Origin: Nitrospinaceae bacterium
GTDB lineage: Bacteria > Nitrospinota > Nitrospinia > Nitrospinales > Nitrospinaceae
DNA: 64,000 bases
Assembly: GCA_965223665.1 (NCBI GenBank)
Contig: OZ245011.1
Coordinates: 3,456,001 to 3,520,000 of the forward strand
Reading direction: 5' to 3'
Each line of letters opens with the position of its first letter. Positions within the stretch are counted from its first letter, which is position 1. Of the stretch, positions 38,485 through 48,018 are shown in pieces. The notes below the pieces were generated by a model. It made no database searches. It worked only from the letters and a program-made list of their open reading frames with translations, and had not been told where the DNA came from. The position numbers were made by a program, and so were the translations under genes.

Positions 38485-40335
38485 ATGGGGATGAGAAAGA
38501 TGATGAAAAAATTTTTCTTACCTAGCATTTTGGTTTTTATGTTGGTTTCTAATAGCCATGCCCAGCTATTTGGAAATAATGAAAAGATGGATAAATTGTT
38601 AACTCGCATTAAATTAATGAATGCGAGTCTTCAAGAAAGTGTTATTCCAAAAATAAATAGTCTTAACACCGAGGTTAAAAATATTAATGGAGAAATCCAA
38701 AATATTAAAGTGAACCAAGCGAAATTATTACAGCAAATGGACTATGTGAAAAGCTCCTTTCCTGGTTTGCAAGGAGCAATTGAACAGAATAGCTCTCAAA
38801 TGATTGAACAGGTCCAGCAAATGGATTTGCGTTTGGAAGATTTAGATTCGCAGGTGAAAAAAGGGTTAGCAAAACAGCTGAATGATTTAGCCATAGCCCT
38901 CAATGATCAGGGATCAAATCAGAAATCGCAATTAGACCAATTTGTTGTGGAACAAAAAGAAAGTATGACTCAATTAATTGGAGAACAAAAAAATGAAATG
39001 GGAAACCTCAAGACTGCAATGGGAAAATTGCAGGAAGGCGTGGGTTCTCATTTAATCCAGGTAAAAGATGCAGTAGCCAAAGAGATTGAACAAATTGTGC
39101 TGCGGAATGAAAAATCGCTGAGTGGATTTTCAAACAAAAATGACCATAATTTTGTAGCAGTCCAAAATGCTTTAAATAAACAAGGGGAGCAGGTGAATCA
39201 GAAAATTGGCGAGGCAATTACTGTTATGCAAGAAGTGGTTACTGCTGTTGAGGGAAACAAGCAATCCATGGACCAAAGCTTCCAGGCAATTCAAGTTCAG
39301 AATGAAAGTATGAAAGAAGGTTTAGGGCTAGTCGATAAAAATACACAATTGATAGATCTAAAAAGTCAAAAAGTGGTTGAAGTGATGGAAAGTAGTTTGC
39401 AAAAGCAAACGGATAGTGATCTCAAACTTAATACCCTAATCGGAAACCTCAATAAAACCAATGAGAATGTTAATAGCAGTAGGGAAGCGATGTTGAGTCT
39501 GAAAAAGATTATGGACCAAAAATTGTCGCAGCTTTCTGCTGTGGGTGGAACGAATCAGGGTAAGTTTGAAAAGTTTGCGCAAAGAATTGATTTGGTAAAA
39601 GATAATTTGCTGATAGCAGATACAAAGTTGAATAAATTAGCGGATGGTTTAAAAGCTATGCAAGATCAAAATATTTCATCCACCAAAGCAATAGTTTCAA
39701 TGCAAGAAAAAGTAGCTCAGGTTCAAAGTTCAAGTCTTCAAACAGATCAAAAGTTTAATAGGCTGATTGACTCAACAAAGTCGATGTTGGCTCATTCATC
39801 TAAGTTAGGGAAAGATGTAGAGCTTTCAATGCAAAAAATAGATGCAGGTAGTAATCAGTCAAATTTAACTCAACAGAAAATAAACGAGTTGATTGAAATA
39901 TTAAAAGCAATTGCAGTTAAACAAAATGAAATTGAAGAGAAGTTTAACAGTCAACAATCTAATATTTTTCAAGCTTTATCAAATTCAAATCAAGCTATTG
40001 AAAAATCCAAGGTGGAATTGGTGAATTCTATAAATGGAACTAAAGTGCAGATTCAAAAAGATATAGGTGATTCTGCCGAACAGCTTCATGCAGAGTTGTC
40101 AAATTCTAAGGTAGACATTGGCAAGGTTATTACAGCTTCTAGAAATGAGCTTTACCAGGCGGTAGCAACTGCAAGAAATGATTTGATGCAAAGTATTGCC
40201 ACCTCACACGGAGAGTCAAAAGCATATTTAAACGATATTCGGACTATGTCTAATGCAAACAATGTTAAGAATGATAATATTCTTAATTCAATCCGTGGTG
40301 TCCGTCGAACAAAGAAATCCACAGCAAAAAAATAG
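38485..40335 (+). CDS. Exported long coiled-coil protein in the cpoB (ybgF) position
   Basis: Signal peptide (SHA|QLFG); Q/K/E/N/L-rich helical sequence with 11-residue periodicity; no TPR domain evident. Confidence 0.8.
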   Translation: MGMRKMMKKFFLPSILVFMLVSNSHAQLFGNNEKMDKLLTRIKLMNASLQESVIPKINSLNTEVKNINGEIQNIKVNQAKLLQQMDYVKSSFPGLQGAIEQNSSQMIEQVQQMDLRLEDLDSQVKKGLAKQLNDLAIALNDQGSNQKSQLDQFVVEQKESMTQLIGEQKNEMGNLKTAMGKLQEGVGSHLIQVKDAVAKEIEQIVLRNEKSLSGFSNKNDHNFVAVQNALNKQGEQVNQKIGEAITVMQEVVTAVEGNKQSMDQSFQAIQVQNESMKEGLGLVDKNTQLIDLKSQKVVEVMESSLQKQTDSDLKLNTLIGNLNKTNENVNSSREAMLSLKKIMDQKLSQLSAVGGTNQGKFEKFAQRIDLVKDNLLIADTKLNKLADGLKAMQDQNISSTKAIVSMQEKVAQVQSSSLQTDQKFNRLIDSTKSMLAHSSKLGKDVELSMQKIDAGSNQSNLTQQKINELIEILKAIAVKQNEIEEKFNSQQSNIFQALSNSNQAIEKSKVELVNSINGTKVQIQKDIGDSAEQLHAELSNSKVDIGKVITASRNELYQAVATARNDLMQSIATSHGESKAYLNDIRTMSNANNVKNDNILNSIRGVRRTKKSTAKK

Positions 40336-40447
40336 TTAAAAAAGACCATAAATTTATAATTGAAGGTTAGAATTTGGCCAGTATGCTTGGACTCTGATCG
40401 GGAATATTCGCCCTTTACCAATACTTAGACTGGTGAAAGACTTTGTG

Positions 40448-40489
40448 AAAATCCTTTTAGAAGTTTTAAGAGGATTTTTGTTTTTTTTC
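40448..40489 (+). terminator. Rho-independent terminator upstream of radA
   Basis: AAAATCCTTTTAG/TTAAGAGGATTTT stem plus long T-tract. Confidence 0.7.
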
Positions 40490-40530
40490 TTTAAAGTTAA
40501 TTATTGAGCAATCTGCTTTGTTTGAGGTTG

Positions 40531-41913
40531 ATGGGAAAAGTGGTCAAGAACCTTACAGTTTATATTTGCCAATCTTGTGGACACCAGGCTCCCAAATGGT
40601 TAGGTAAATGTCCTGAATGTTCTGAGTGGAATTCTTTGGTGGAGGAAAAAATTTCCTCGTCCCATTCTTCACCTAAAAACTCTCTTGCCCTCGATTTAAA
40701 GGTTTCTCCGCTTCGACCTCTGAGTGATATTTCTTCAACCGCTCGAGAGAGAATGACCACTGGAATCGATGAATTTGACCGTGCCTTGGGTGGAGGGATT
40801 GTTTCTGGAAGTTTAATTTTGATTGGTGGAGATCCAGGAATCGGGAAATCAACCCTGGTCTTGCAAAGTATGTCTCAGTTAGCAACTAAGGGTGAAACGT
40901 TACTATATGTTTCTGGTGAAGAATCTTTAGAGCAAATAAAAATGCGAGCGGATCGACTAAAAGTTTCTTCTAATAACCTTTTGGTATATTCAGAAATATG
41001 TATTGAAGAGGTTTTAAAGAAAGTGGAGGAAATTAAACCTGATTTATTAGTTCTAGATTCTATTCAAACTTTTTTTACTTCAGAACTTCAATCTGCACCT
41101 GGAAGTATTGGTCAAGTTAGAGAAGTTGCTTTTAAGCTATTTAAAGAATGTAAACAAAGATCAGTTCCCGCAATTATTATTGGTCATATTACCAAAGAGG
41201 GAGCAATTGCAGGGCCTAAATCCTTAGAGCATATGGTCGATTGCGTATTATATTTTGAAGGAGAACGCGGTCATTCATTTCGTATTTTACGAGCCATTAA
41301 AAATCGATTCGGCTCAACCCCTGAAATGGGAGTTTTTGAAATGGGATTAGAGGGCCTAATACCAGTATCCAATCCTTCGGAGATATTTTTAGCCGAACGA
41401 CCAGAGAATTCTACAGGTTCAGTAATTGCAGCTACCTTAGAAGGGAGCCGACCCTTATTGGTTGAAGTACAAGCTTTGGTTACAGCCTCTTCAACTGTCG
41501 GTATGCCAAGGCGAGTTACCTCGAATTTAGATCCGAATCGGATAAATCTATTGGTGGCGATTATGGAAAAACGTTTAGAGCTGAATTTACAAAGAGAGGA
41601 TATTTTTGTTAATTTAGCTGGAGGAATTAAAGTTACCGAACCCGCGATGGATTTAGCTCTGGCTACTGCCATAGCCAGTAGTTTCCAAAATTTACCCGTT
41701 GATTCTAATACCATTATGATTGGCGAAGTGGGTCTTACGGGAGAAGTAAGATCTGTAATGCAATTGGATTCCAGGCTTAAGGAAGCAGCAAAATTGGGTT
41801 TTAAAAGAGCTGTGATTCCTGAATCTGCCAGGAAATCTAAATATTTATCTAACCATTCAATAGAATTAATTTTTGTGAAAAATTTGCAAGAAGCGTTTGA
41901 AGCAGTTCTATAA
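40531..41913 (+). CDS. radA: DNA repair protein RadA/Sms
   Basis: CQSCG...CPEC Zn finger, GGDPGIGKSTL, KNRFG, Lon-like C-terminal domain. Confidence 0.97.
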   Translation: MGKVVKNLTVYICQSCGHQAPKWLGKCPECSEWNSLVEEKISSSHSSPKNSLALDLKVSPLRPLSDISSTARERMTTGIDEFDRALGGGIVSGSLILIGGDPGIGKSTLVLQSMSQLATKGETLLYVSGEESLEQIKMRADRLKVSSNNLLVYSEICIEEVLKKVEEIKPDLLVLDSIQTFFTSELQSAPGSIGQVREVAFKLFKECKQRSVPAIIIGHITKEGAIAGPKSLEHMVDCVLYFEGERGHSFRILRAIKNRFGSTPEMGVFEMGLEGLIPVSNPSEIFLAERPENSTGSVIAATLEGSRPLLVEVQALVTASSTVGMPRRVTSNLDPNRINLLVAIMEKRLELNLQREDIFVNLAGGIKVTEPAMDLALATAIASSFQNLPVDSNTIMIGEVGLTGEVRSVMQLDSRLKEAAKLGFKRAVIPESARKSKYLSNHSIELIFVKNLQEAFEAVL

Positions 41914-41933
41914 TCTCAGGTTTAAATTAATTT

Positions 41934-42614
41934 ATGAAAGTATCCGCAATTATTCCTGCAGCTGGTCAAGGACTAAGAATGGGAGGAAGAACTCCCAAAC
42001 AGTTTCTGAATTTAAATGGGAAGCCAATTCTTGATTATACGCTTCAAGCGTTTCAACAATGTGAAATTTTAAATTCGGTCATTCTATCTGTTCCTCAATC
42101 GGAAAAGGAAAATGCAACCAAACAGTGGCTTGGGTCCCCTCCAAAAGTTCACCAGGTGGTAACGGGCGGTGAAAAAAGGCAGGATTCAGTTTTTAATGGT
42201 TTTAAAGCGGTTGAAACTGATACCGATATCGTGGTGATTCACGATGGAGTCCGACCTTTTGTCACATCACAACTGATTGAGGATACTATTCAAGCGGCAA
42301 GGAAATATGGAGCAGCAATAACCGCAATACCAGTGAATGACACTCTTAAAAAAGGAAAAGATGATTTTGTAGAAAATACAGTTTCGCGCGAAGGATTGTG
42401 GCGTGTTCAAACCCCTCAGGCATTTACATATGAACTGCTAAACCAGGCATTTGAGAAAGCTAACCGAGATTCATTCTATGGGACTGATGAAGGAAGCTTA
42501 ATTGAGCATTTAGGAGAACCTGTTAAAATCGTAATGGGTTCTGAATGGAATATTAAAATTACCCGAGTAGACGATTTAGTTCTTGGAGAGCACATTGCTA
42601 AAAAAACTATTTGA
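41934..42614 (+). CDS. ispD: 2-C-methyl-D-erythritol 4-phosphate cytidylyltransferase
   Basis: IPAAGQGLRM..PKQF, GGEKRQDSV, IHDGVRPF, VQTPQAF, NIKIT. Confidence 0.96.
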   Translation: MKVSAIIPAAGQGLRMGGRTPKQFLNLNGKPILDYTLQAFQQCEILNSVILSVPQSEKENATKQWLGSPPKVHQVVTGGEKRQDSVFNGFKAVETDTDIVVIHDGVRPFVTSQLIEDTIQAARKYGAAITAIPVNDTLKKGKDDFVENTVSREGLWRVQTPQAFTYELLNQAFEKANRDSFYGTDEGSLIEHLGEPVKIVMGSEWNIKITRVDDLVLGEHIAKKTI

Positions 42615-42642
42615 TAAATAAGTTTTTATAGGAGTTCAAATT

Positions 42643-42888
42643 GTGAAAAGCTTATTAGTTGCAATTGCGGGATTCATAGCATTGATCTATTTGTTGAATC
42701 CAACTGCCGGATTGTTTGAAATTATTCCCGATAATATGCCCTTAATAGGAAACTTAGATGAAGCTACGGCTGTTGCAATTATTTTAGCCGCATTACGTTA
42801 TTTTGGGATCGACTTAACAGATTTTCTACGAAAATTTTTAAAGGATCCTCCAAGTAATAATGATCCTGACAACAATGAGAAATCTTGA
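42643..42888 (+). CDS. DUF1232/YkvA-family small membrane protein
   Basis: YLLNP...IIPDNMPLIGNLDE. Confidence 0.85.
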   Translation: MKSLLVAIAGFIALIYLLNPTAGLFEIIPDNMPLIGNLDEATAVAIILAALRYFGIDLTDFLRKFLKDPPSNNDPDNNEKS

Positions 42889-43010
42889 TCTCGAAAAATA
42901 TTTTTGCTCCTCTGCCCTTTTAAAAGCATCTAACCTAAGTGTTTAACCTATCTTTATTAAAATTCGTTTTAAAAACTTTATTTTATAAACTTACTGGAAG
43001 GAGAATTCCT

Positions 43011-43448
43011 ATGCTAAAAGTAGGGACAGAAGCTCCTGATTTTTTAGTTAATGATCATAATGGTAACCGTGTCAGTTTAAAAGAACTTCGTGGAAAAAAA
43101 GTAATCTTATGGTTTTACCCAAAAGCAGATACTCCAGGATGTACGCAGGAAGGAAAGGGGTTTCGAGATGAGTTCTCCAAGTTTCAAGAAAAAGATGTAA
43201 AAGTATTTGGAGTTAGCTTGGATAATGAATCTGAAAATAAAGCCTTTGCTGAAAAATTTAATTTTCCTTATCCATTGTTGTGCGATGTAGGCCGTGAAAT
43301 TGCCCTTGCCTACCAGGCCATTCAAAGTAAGGACGATGGATATGCATCTCGAATTACATATGTTGTTGATGAGAATGGAATTATTGCTGAGGCTATAGAC
43401 CAGGTAAATACTCAAACCCACGCAAGAGATTTATGTTCTAAATTTTGA
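43011..43448 (+). CDS. bcp: Peroxiredoxin, BCP/PrxQ subfamily
   Basis: FYPKADTPGCT, GVSLD, FPYPLLCD, RITYVVD; RBS AAGGAG (alternative GTG start at 42939). Confidence 0.9.
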   Translation: MLKVGTEAPDFLVNDHNGNRVSLKELRGKKVILWFYPKADTPGCTQEGKGFRDEFSKFQEKDVKVFGVSLDNESENKAFAEKFNFPYPLLCDVGREIALAYQAIQSKDDGYASRITYVVDENGIIAEAIDQVNTQTHARDLCSKF

Positions 43449-43539
43449 CAAAAGCCAGTTAAAAGTTTTCTGAATGGGTTGACCTGAAATCCCTATCACG
43501 TTATTATTCTTGGCTTTGAATGTTAACTGGGGATAATCG

Positions 43540-44640
43540 ATGGCTTATAAGGATTTTTTAAATTCACTTCATAAATTAAATAAAAACGATAAAAAACTTA
43601 AAAAATCCATTTTAAGTACCCGGGTCAACCAAGTTGATTTTGATAAAATTAAAAATATTGCAGACTTGGTCGATTCTTTTAAAGATGCTTCCATCCAGGC
43701 CCGTAACGTGGGTCAATGTGCCAATATTTTTCAAAGGATGCTTAAGGATCGGGAGCGCCCAACCATCATGCTTGGGTTAGCAGGTCCCCTTATTGCCGCA
43801 GGTCTTCGCAAAGTTATCCGTGACTTAATTCATTACAATATGGTTGATGTGATTGTTTCCACAGGAGCAGTTCTGTATCAGGATTTTTACGCTGCTATGG
43901 GGGCGGGCCATTATTATGGAAGCCCAGATGCCGATGATACCCAACTGCGAGACTTATTGATAAATCGAATTTATGATACCTATGTTGATGAAGAAAAATT
44001 TGCGCAGTTCGATTCTCTTATTGGCCAATTTGCTGACTCTTTAGAACCCAGAAGTTATTCCAGTCGAGAATTTATATCTTTATTGTCTGGAGTTATTGAT
44101 GATAAAAACTCCATTTTAGTTACCGCGAGAAAAAAGGGTGTTCCCATTTTTTGTCCAGCCATTAGTGATTCAAGTATTGGAATCGGATTGACCGAGCATT
44201 ACTACGTGGCAAGAAACGAAGGTCGCCCACCCATAACCATTGACGTTATTCGCGATAATTATGAAATCACTCAAATTGTTTGTAAGTCCAAAAGAACGGC
44301 TGCTTTTTATGTAGCCGGGGGCGTACCCAAAAATTATATTAACGATTCTATTGTAATGAGTTATGTTTTTGGTCGTAGCACGGGTGGGCACAAGTATGCT
44401 ATTCAAATGACGACTGATTCTCCACACTGGGGTGGCCTAAGTGGAAGTACACTGGGCGAAGCACAGTCATGGGGAAAAATTAATAAAAAGGCAAACTTTT
44501 GTATGGCCTTTGTGGAGCCCAGTGTTTCATTACCACTAATTTATGGAGCTGCTTATCAAAGTAAATCCCATAAAAATCGAAAAAGGCTTTCCTTTTCATG
44601 GGAAGGGGATGTTTTGAAGGAACTAAAAATTGTAAATTGA
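43540..44640 (+). CDS. Deoxyhypusine-synthase-family protein (probably homospermidine synthesis)
   Basis: IVSTGA, NRIYDTY, PAISDSSIG, GGVPKN, GGLSGSTLGEAQSWGK. Confidence 0.9.
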   Translation: MAYKDFLNSLHKLNKNDKKLKKSILSTRVNQVDFDKIKNIADLVDSFKDASIQARNVGQCANIFQRMLKDRERPTIMLGLAGPLIAAGLRKVIRDLIHYNMVDVIVSTGAVLYQDFYAAMGAGHYYGSPDADDTQLRDLLINRIYDTYVDEEKFAQFDSLIGQFADSLEPRSYSSREFISLLSGVIDDKNSILVTARKKGVPIFCPAISDSSIGIGLTEHYYVARNEGRPPITIDVIRDNYEITQIVCKSKRTAAFYVAGGVPKNYINDSIVMSYVFGRSTGGHKYAIQMTTDSPHWGGLSGSTLGEAQSWGKINKKANFCMAFVEPSVSLPLIYGAAYQSKSHKNRKRLSFSWEGDVLKELKIVN

Positions 44641-44643
44641 ATA

Positions 44644-44967
44644 TTAGTTCTTTTCCTCACCATAAGTATTTTTAAATCCCAAAATATAAAATTCTCTAAA
44701 TTCTAAAGGTTCCAGTGCTGAGGGATAAATCATATCTACAAAACGTTTTGTGGCCGGCGAACTTTGGTGCCTAACAACTGCCTCCTCATTTTCAAAAATC
44801 ATGGTGTGTAGAAAACGTGTGGGTCGGCCCATCTCTTGATTAGCCATATAGAACAAAGTAGTAGGTTCGTTAATTCGAATGTATTTTACAAAGTCCACAA
44901 TCACTTGCTTGCATTGTTCTACATTTTCAGGAAGAACTTGGTAATTGGCGGTCATACAAATAGGCAT
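44644..44967 (-). CDS. ABM-domain (putative quinol monooxygenase-like) protein
   Basis: NEPTTLFY, FENEEAVVRH, typical dimeric alpha-beta barrel size. Confidence 0.75.
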   Translation of the reverse strand: MPICMTANYQVLPENVEQCKQVIVDFVKYIRINEPTTLFYMANQEMGRPTRFLHTMIFENEEAVVRHQSSPATKRFVDMIYPSALEPLEFREFYILGFKNTYGEEKN

Positions 44968-44984
44968 AAAACATCCTCTCCTTG

Positions 44985-46133
44985 CTATTTAAAATTTTCT
45001 GGATATTCGAAAAAAATTCTTACCTCATCAATATGGTCTAAGTTCAGTAGGGTTTCTTTTAACTGATTAATTACTTTTGCCACCATTTTAGTTTCTTTGG
45101 AGTTCTCTTCTAAAAGAAATACTTCCAGAATGGTATGCCCTTTATGATGATGTGTTCGTAAACGCGTAAGTTTAGATATTCCTGGAAAAGAATCTACAAT
45201 AGGTTTGACCTTAGCTTCCAGTTCTCCGCGATTGTGCCAATATAGAGGTTCAAAGTCAGTGTCATCTTCTGTGTCAACATGGACTAGTACATCTTGTACA
45301 TTGTCGAAACGAGAAATTAAGTTTCTTCTAACCGATTCTGCTATTAAGTGACCCTCTGTAACGGAAGCCTCCTTATCGACTTGAACATGAACGTCCATAA
45401 GAATATCTGCTCCAATTTTTCTGGTTCTCAGGTTATGGGTTCGAATGACCCCTGGGATATTATTAATTTCATTTTCTAACCGTGTCGTATCATCTTCACT
45501 CAGACCCGTATCCATTAGATCGGCTAAACTACGAAAAGCAATATCATATCCAACTTTCAAAATCAGAATGGACACTACAATAGCAGCAATTGGATCCATA
45601 ACTGGATATCCAACCATTGCTCCTAAAATTCCTATTAATGCGGCAATTGAAGATACTGCGTCGGAACGATGATGCCAGGCGTTTGCAACAATGGAAGGGC
45701 TGTTTATTTTTTCACCGATGTTTCTGGTGTAATGGAATAACCCTTCATTGACTAGAATTGAAAAAATAGCAGCTATAAGGGAAAATACATTTGGAGTTTG
45801 ATAAGTTTTTTGTGCGATAGATTCTGAAGCTTCAAAGGCCAACCCCAAACCTGCCAGCATTATTATTGCCCCCACCACCGTAGCCCCTATAGATTCTGCT
45901 CGACCATGGCCATAAGGGTGATTTTCATCGGCAGGTTTTTGGGCGATTTTGTAGCTTATTAGTACCACTAAATCTGTTAACAAATCTGAAAAAGAATGAA
46001 TGCCATCGGCAACCATTGCTGAGCTTTTCCCAAAAATGCCTCCAGCAATTTTGAAAAGAGATAAAATTAGATTAGCAATGGCTCCAATAAAGATTACTTT
46101 TGTACCTTCTTCTGATTGTTTAAATTTTTCCAT
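44985..46133 (-). CDS. Cation diffusion facilitator transporter with C-terminal extension
   Basis: ADGIHSFSD, HPYGHGRAE, NAWHHRSD, DVLVHVD. Confidence 0.93.
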   Translation of the reverse strand: MEKFKQSEEGTKVIFIGAIANLILSLFKIAGGIFGKSSAMVADGIHSFSDLLTDLVVLISYKIAQKPADENHPYGHGRAESIGATVVGAIIMLAGLGLAFEASESIAQKTYQTPNVFSLIAAIFSILVNEGLFHYTRNIGEKINSPSIVANAWHHRSDAVSSIAALIGILGAMVGYPVMDPIAAIVVSILILKVGYDIAFRSLADLMDTGLSEDDTTRLENEINNIPGVIRTHNLRTRKIGADILMDVHVQVDKEASVTEGHLIAESVRRNLISRFDNVQDVLVHVDTEDDTDFEPLYWHNRGELEAKVKPIVDSFPGISKLTRLRTHHHKGHTILEVFLLEENSKETKMVAKVINQLKETLLNLDHIDEVRIFFEYPENFK

Positions 46134-46163
46134 AAGGTTTAGAGTAGAACTTTATTGGGGAAA

Positions 46164-47252
46164 TTAAATTGAGGATGATTCATTAGTTAAATACTCTACA
46201 ATTTTTACATTGGCCGCGGGAAAAGTAAATTGTTTTAGTTGCTCTGGAGAAACCCATTTCCATTGGTCACATTGAGATGCTTTGATCCTTCCTGGTTTTA
46301 ATTTACATAAAAAAACGTTGAGCGTTACTCGAAATTGAGTGTAACTGTGTTTTATAGTCATTATTTTTTTTTGTATATTAACCTGCACATCTAATTCTTC
46401 TTGAATTTCTCTCTTAAGACAATCTTCCTCGCTTTCCCTATTTTTTCTTTTTCCCCCAGGGAATTCCCAAAGGCCACCCATTAAGCCTTTATGTGGCCGC
46501 TGCTGAATAAATACTTTTCCATTGCGAAAAATGACAGCTGCGCTTACTTCAATTTTTTTGGATTGTTGTTTTGTTTTTTTAGGCGGATATTCGCTTTCAA
46601 TGTTCTGGGTTTTAGCTTGGCATAGTGTAGCCACTGGACATAATAAGCATAGTGGATTCTTTGGGATACAGATTGTTGCACCAAGTTCCATGAGGGATTG
46701 ATTGAAGTCACCTGGGCGCTTTTTTGGAACTAACTTTTCCGCATAGTTCCAAAGTTTATTTTCGGAGGCACCGTTAGCTCCATTTTCCTTTAATGTAAAC
46801 AATCGAGATATTACTCTCTTTACATTTCCATCTAACACGGGATAGGGCATATCAAAAGCTATACTTAATATAGCTCCAGAAGTATATCTTCCGATACCTG
46901 GCAATTTAATAATGTCATCCATAGTATTGGGCACCTTACCGTTATGCTCAATCAAAATAACTTTTGCCGCTTTATGTAAATTTCTTGCTCGAGAGTAATA
47001 TCCCAATCCTTCCCAAAATTTTAACACTCGGTCCTCACGAGCATGTGCAAGCTTTTCTATGGTGGGAAAGGCTATCATCCATCTTCGAAAATAGGGAATA
47101 ACCGTTTTGACTTGAGTTTGTTGTAACATGATTTCTGAGATCCAGATTTTATAGGGATCTTTGGTGTTGCGCCAAGGCATTTCTCTTTTCTGAGCATCAA
47201 ACCATTTGAGCAATTTATTTTGGAGACTGCGCGGAGAGGATTTTTGATTCAT
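46164..47252 (-). CDS. mutY: A/G-specific adenine glycosylase with C-terminal Nudix (MutT-like) domain
   Basis: SEIMLQQTQV, GLGYYSRARNL, HhH LPGIGRYT, FeS motif C-x6-C-x2-C-x5-C, Nudix box. Confidence 0.95.
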   Translation of the reverse strand: MNQKSSPRSLQNKLLKWFDAQKREMPWRNTKDPYKIWISEIMLQQTQVKTVIPYFRRWMIAFPTIEKLAHAREDRVLKFWEGLGYYSRARNLHKAAKVILIEHNGKVPNTMDDIIKLPGIGRYTSGAILSIAFDMPYPVLDGNVKRVISRLFTLKENGANGASENKLWNYAEKLVPKKRPGDFNQSLMELGATICIPKNPLCLLCPVATLCQAKTQNIESEYPPKKTKQQSKKIEVSAAVIFRNGKVFIQQRPHKGLMGGLWEFPGGKRKNRESEEDCLKREIQEELDVQVNIQKKIMTIKHSYTQFRVTLNVFLCKLKPGRIKASQCDQWKWVSPEQLKQFTFPAANVKIVEYLTNESSSI

Positions 47253-47302
47253 ATTAGGAAGGTTAAGGTTGAAAACTTGATTTGCAAGTTAGTTGGCTAT
47301 TT

Positions 47303-47941
47303 TTAAACTCCAATAGCATCCTTTCCCCAAATAGTTTTATGGAGTTGTTGTTGTATTCTAATTGGAAGATTATCTTGCAACACCCATTCAGTTAAATCTT
47401 TCAAATCCAAACGGTCGTACACTGGAGAAAATAATATGTGAGCTTTTTTATGGATTTCAAATTTATATAGGGTGGATTTGCTCCACTCATAATCTTCTCG
47501 GTTGAGTATGACAAATTTTGCTTCATCTTTTGGTTCTAAGAAATTTAAATTAGCCCATAAGTTTTTAGATACTTCTCCGCTTCCTGGACATTTTATATCT
47601 AAAATTTTGATTACTTCCTTAGGCACTTTTTCTAAGCTTAAAGATCCACCCGTTTCCAGCATTACCTCGTAACCCTGTTCAATTAGAGTGGCCATTAAGG
47701 GGTAAACCTCTTCTTGTAATAAGGGTTCACCTCCAGTGATTTCTACCAAAGAAATTCCTAAGGGTTGAATGGCATTAAGGATTTCATCTACTGTAAAATC
47801 TTTCCCTTCATAGAATGCGTATTCGGTATCGCACCAGGTGCAGCGCAGGTTGCATCCGGTCAACCGAATAAAAATGCAGGGTAGACCTACTTTGGACGAT
47901 TCGCCTTGAATACTTTTGAAGATTTCATTGACCATAAGCAT
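47303..47941 (-). CDS. queE: 7-carboxy-7-deazaguanine synthase
   Basis: EIFKSIQGE, RLTGCNLRCTWCDT, TGGEPL, QLHK. Confidence 0.93.
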   Translation of the reverse strand: MLMVNEIFKSIQGESSKVGLPCIFIRLTGCNLRCTWCDTEYAFYEGKDFTVDEILNAIQPLGISLVEITGGEPLLQEEVYPLMATLIEQGYEVMLETGGSLSLEKVPKEVIKILDIKCPGSGEVSKNLWANLNFLEPKDEAKFVILNREDYEWSKSTLYKFEIHKKAHILFSPVYDRLDLKDLTEWVLQDNLPIRIQQQLHKTIWGKDAIGV

Positions 47942-48018
47942 AGGAAGATTGTACACCAAATAACTAACCCAGGTCACCTGAATCTAATGGTAAATATTTG
48001 ATAGACTTTGGGTATAGA

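Noticed and set aside
43011-43448. Selenocysteine peroxiredoxin
   Set aside because: The peroxidatic residue is encoded by TGT (43140-43142), and there is no in-frame TGA or convincing SECIS.
43540-44640. DHS-family enzyme as the modifier of the EF-P in this window
   Set aside because: The genes are 11 kb apart, the EF-P tip residue appears to be Asn, and bacterial DHS-like enzymes commonly make homospermidine.
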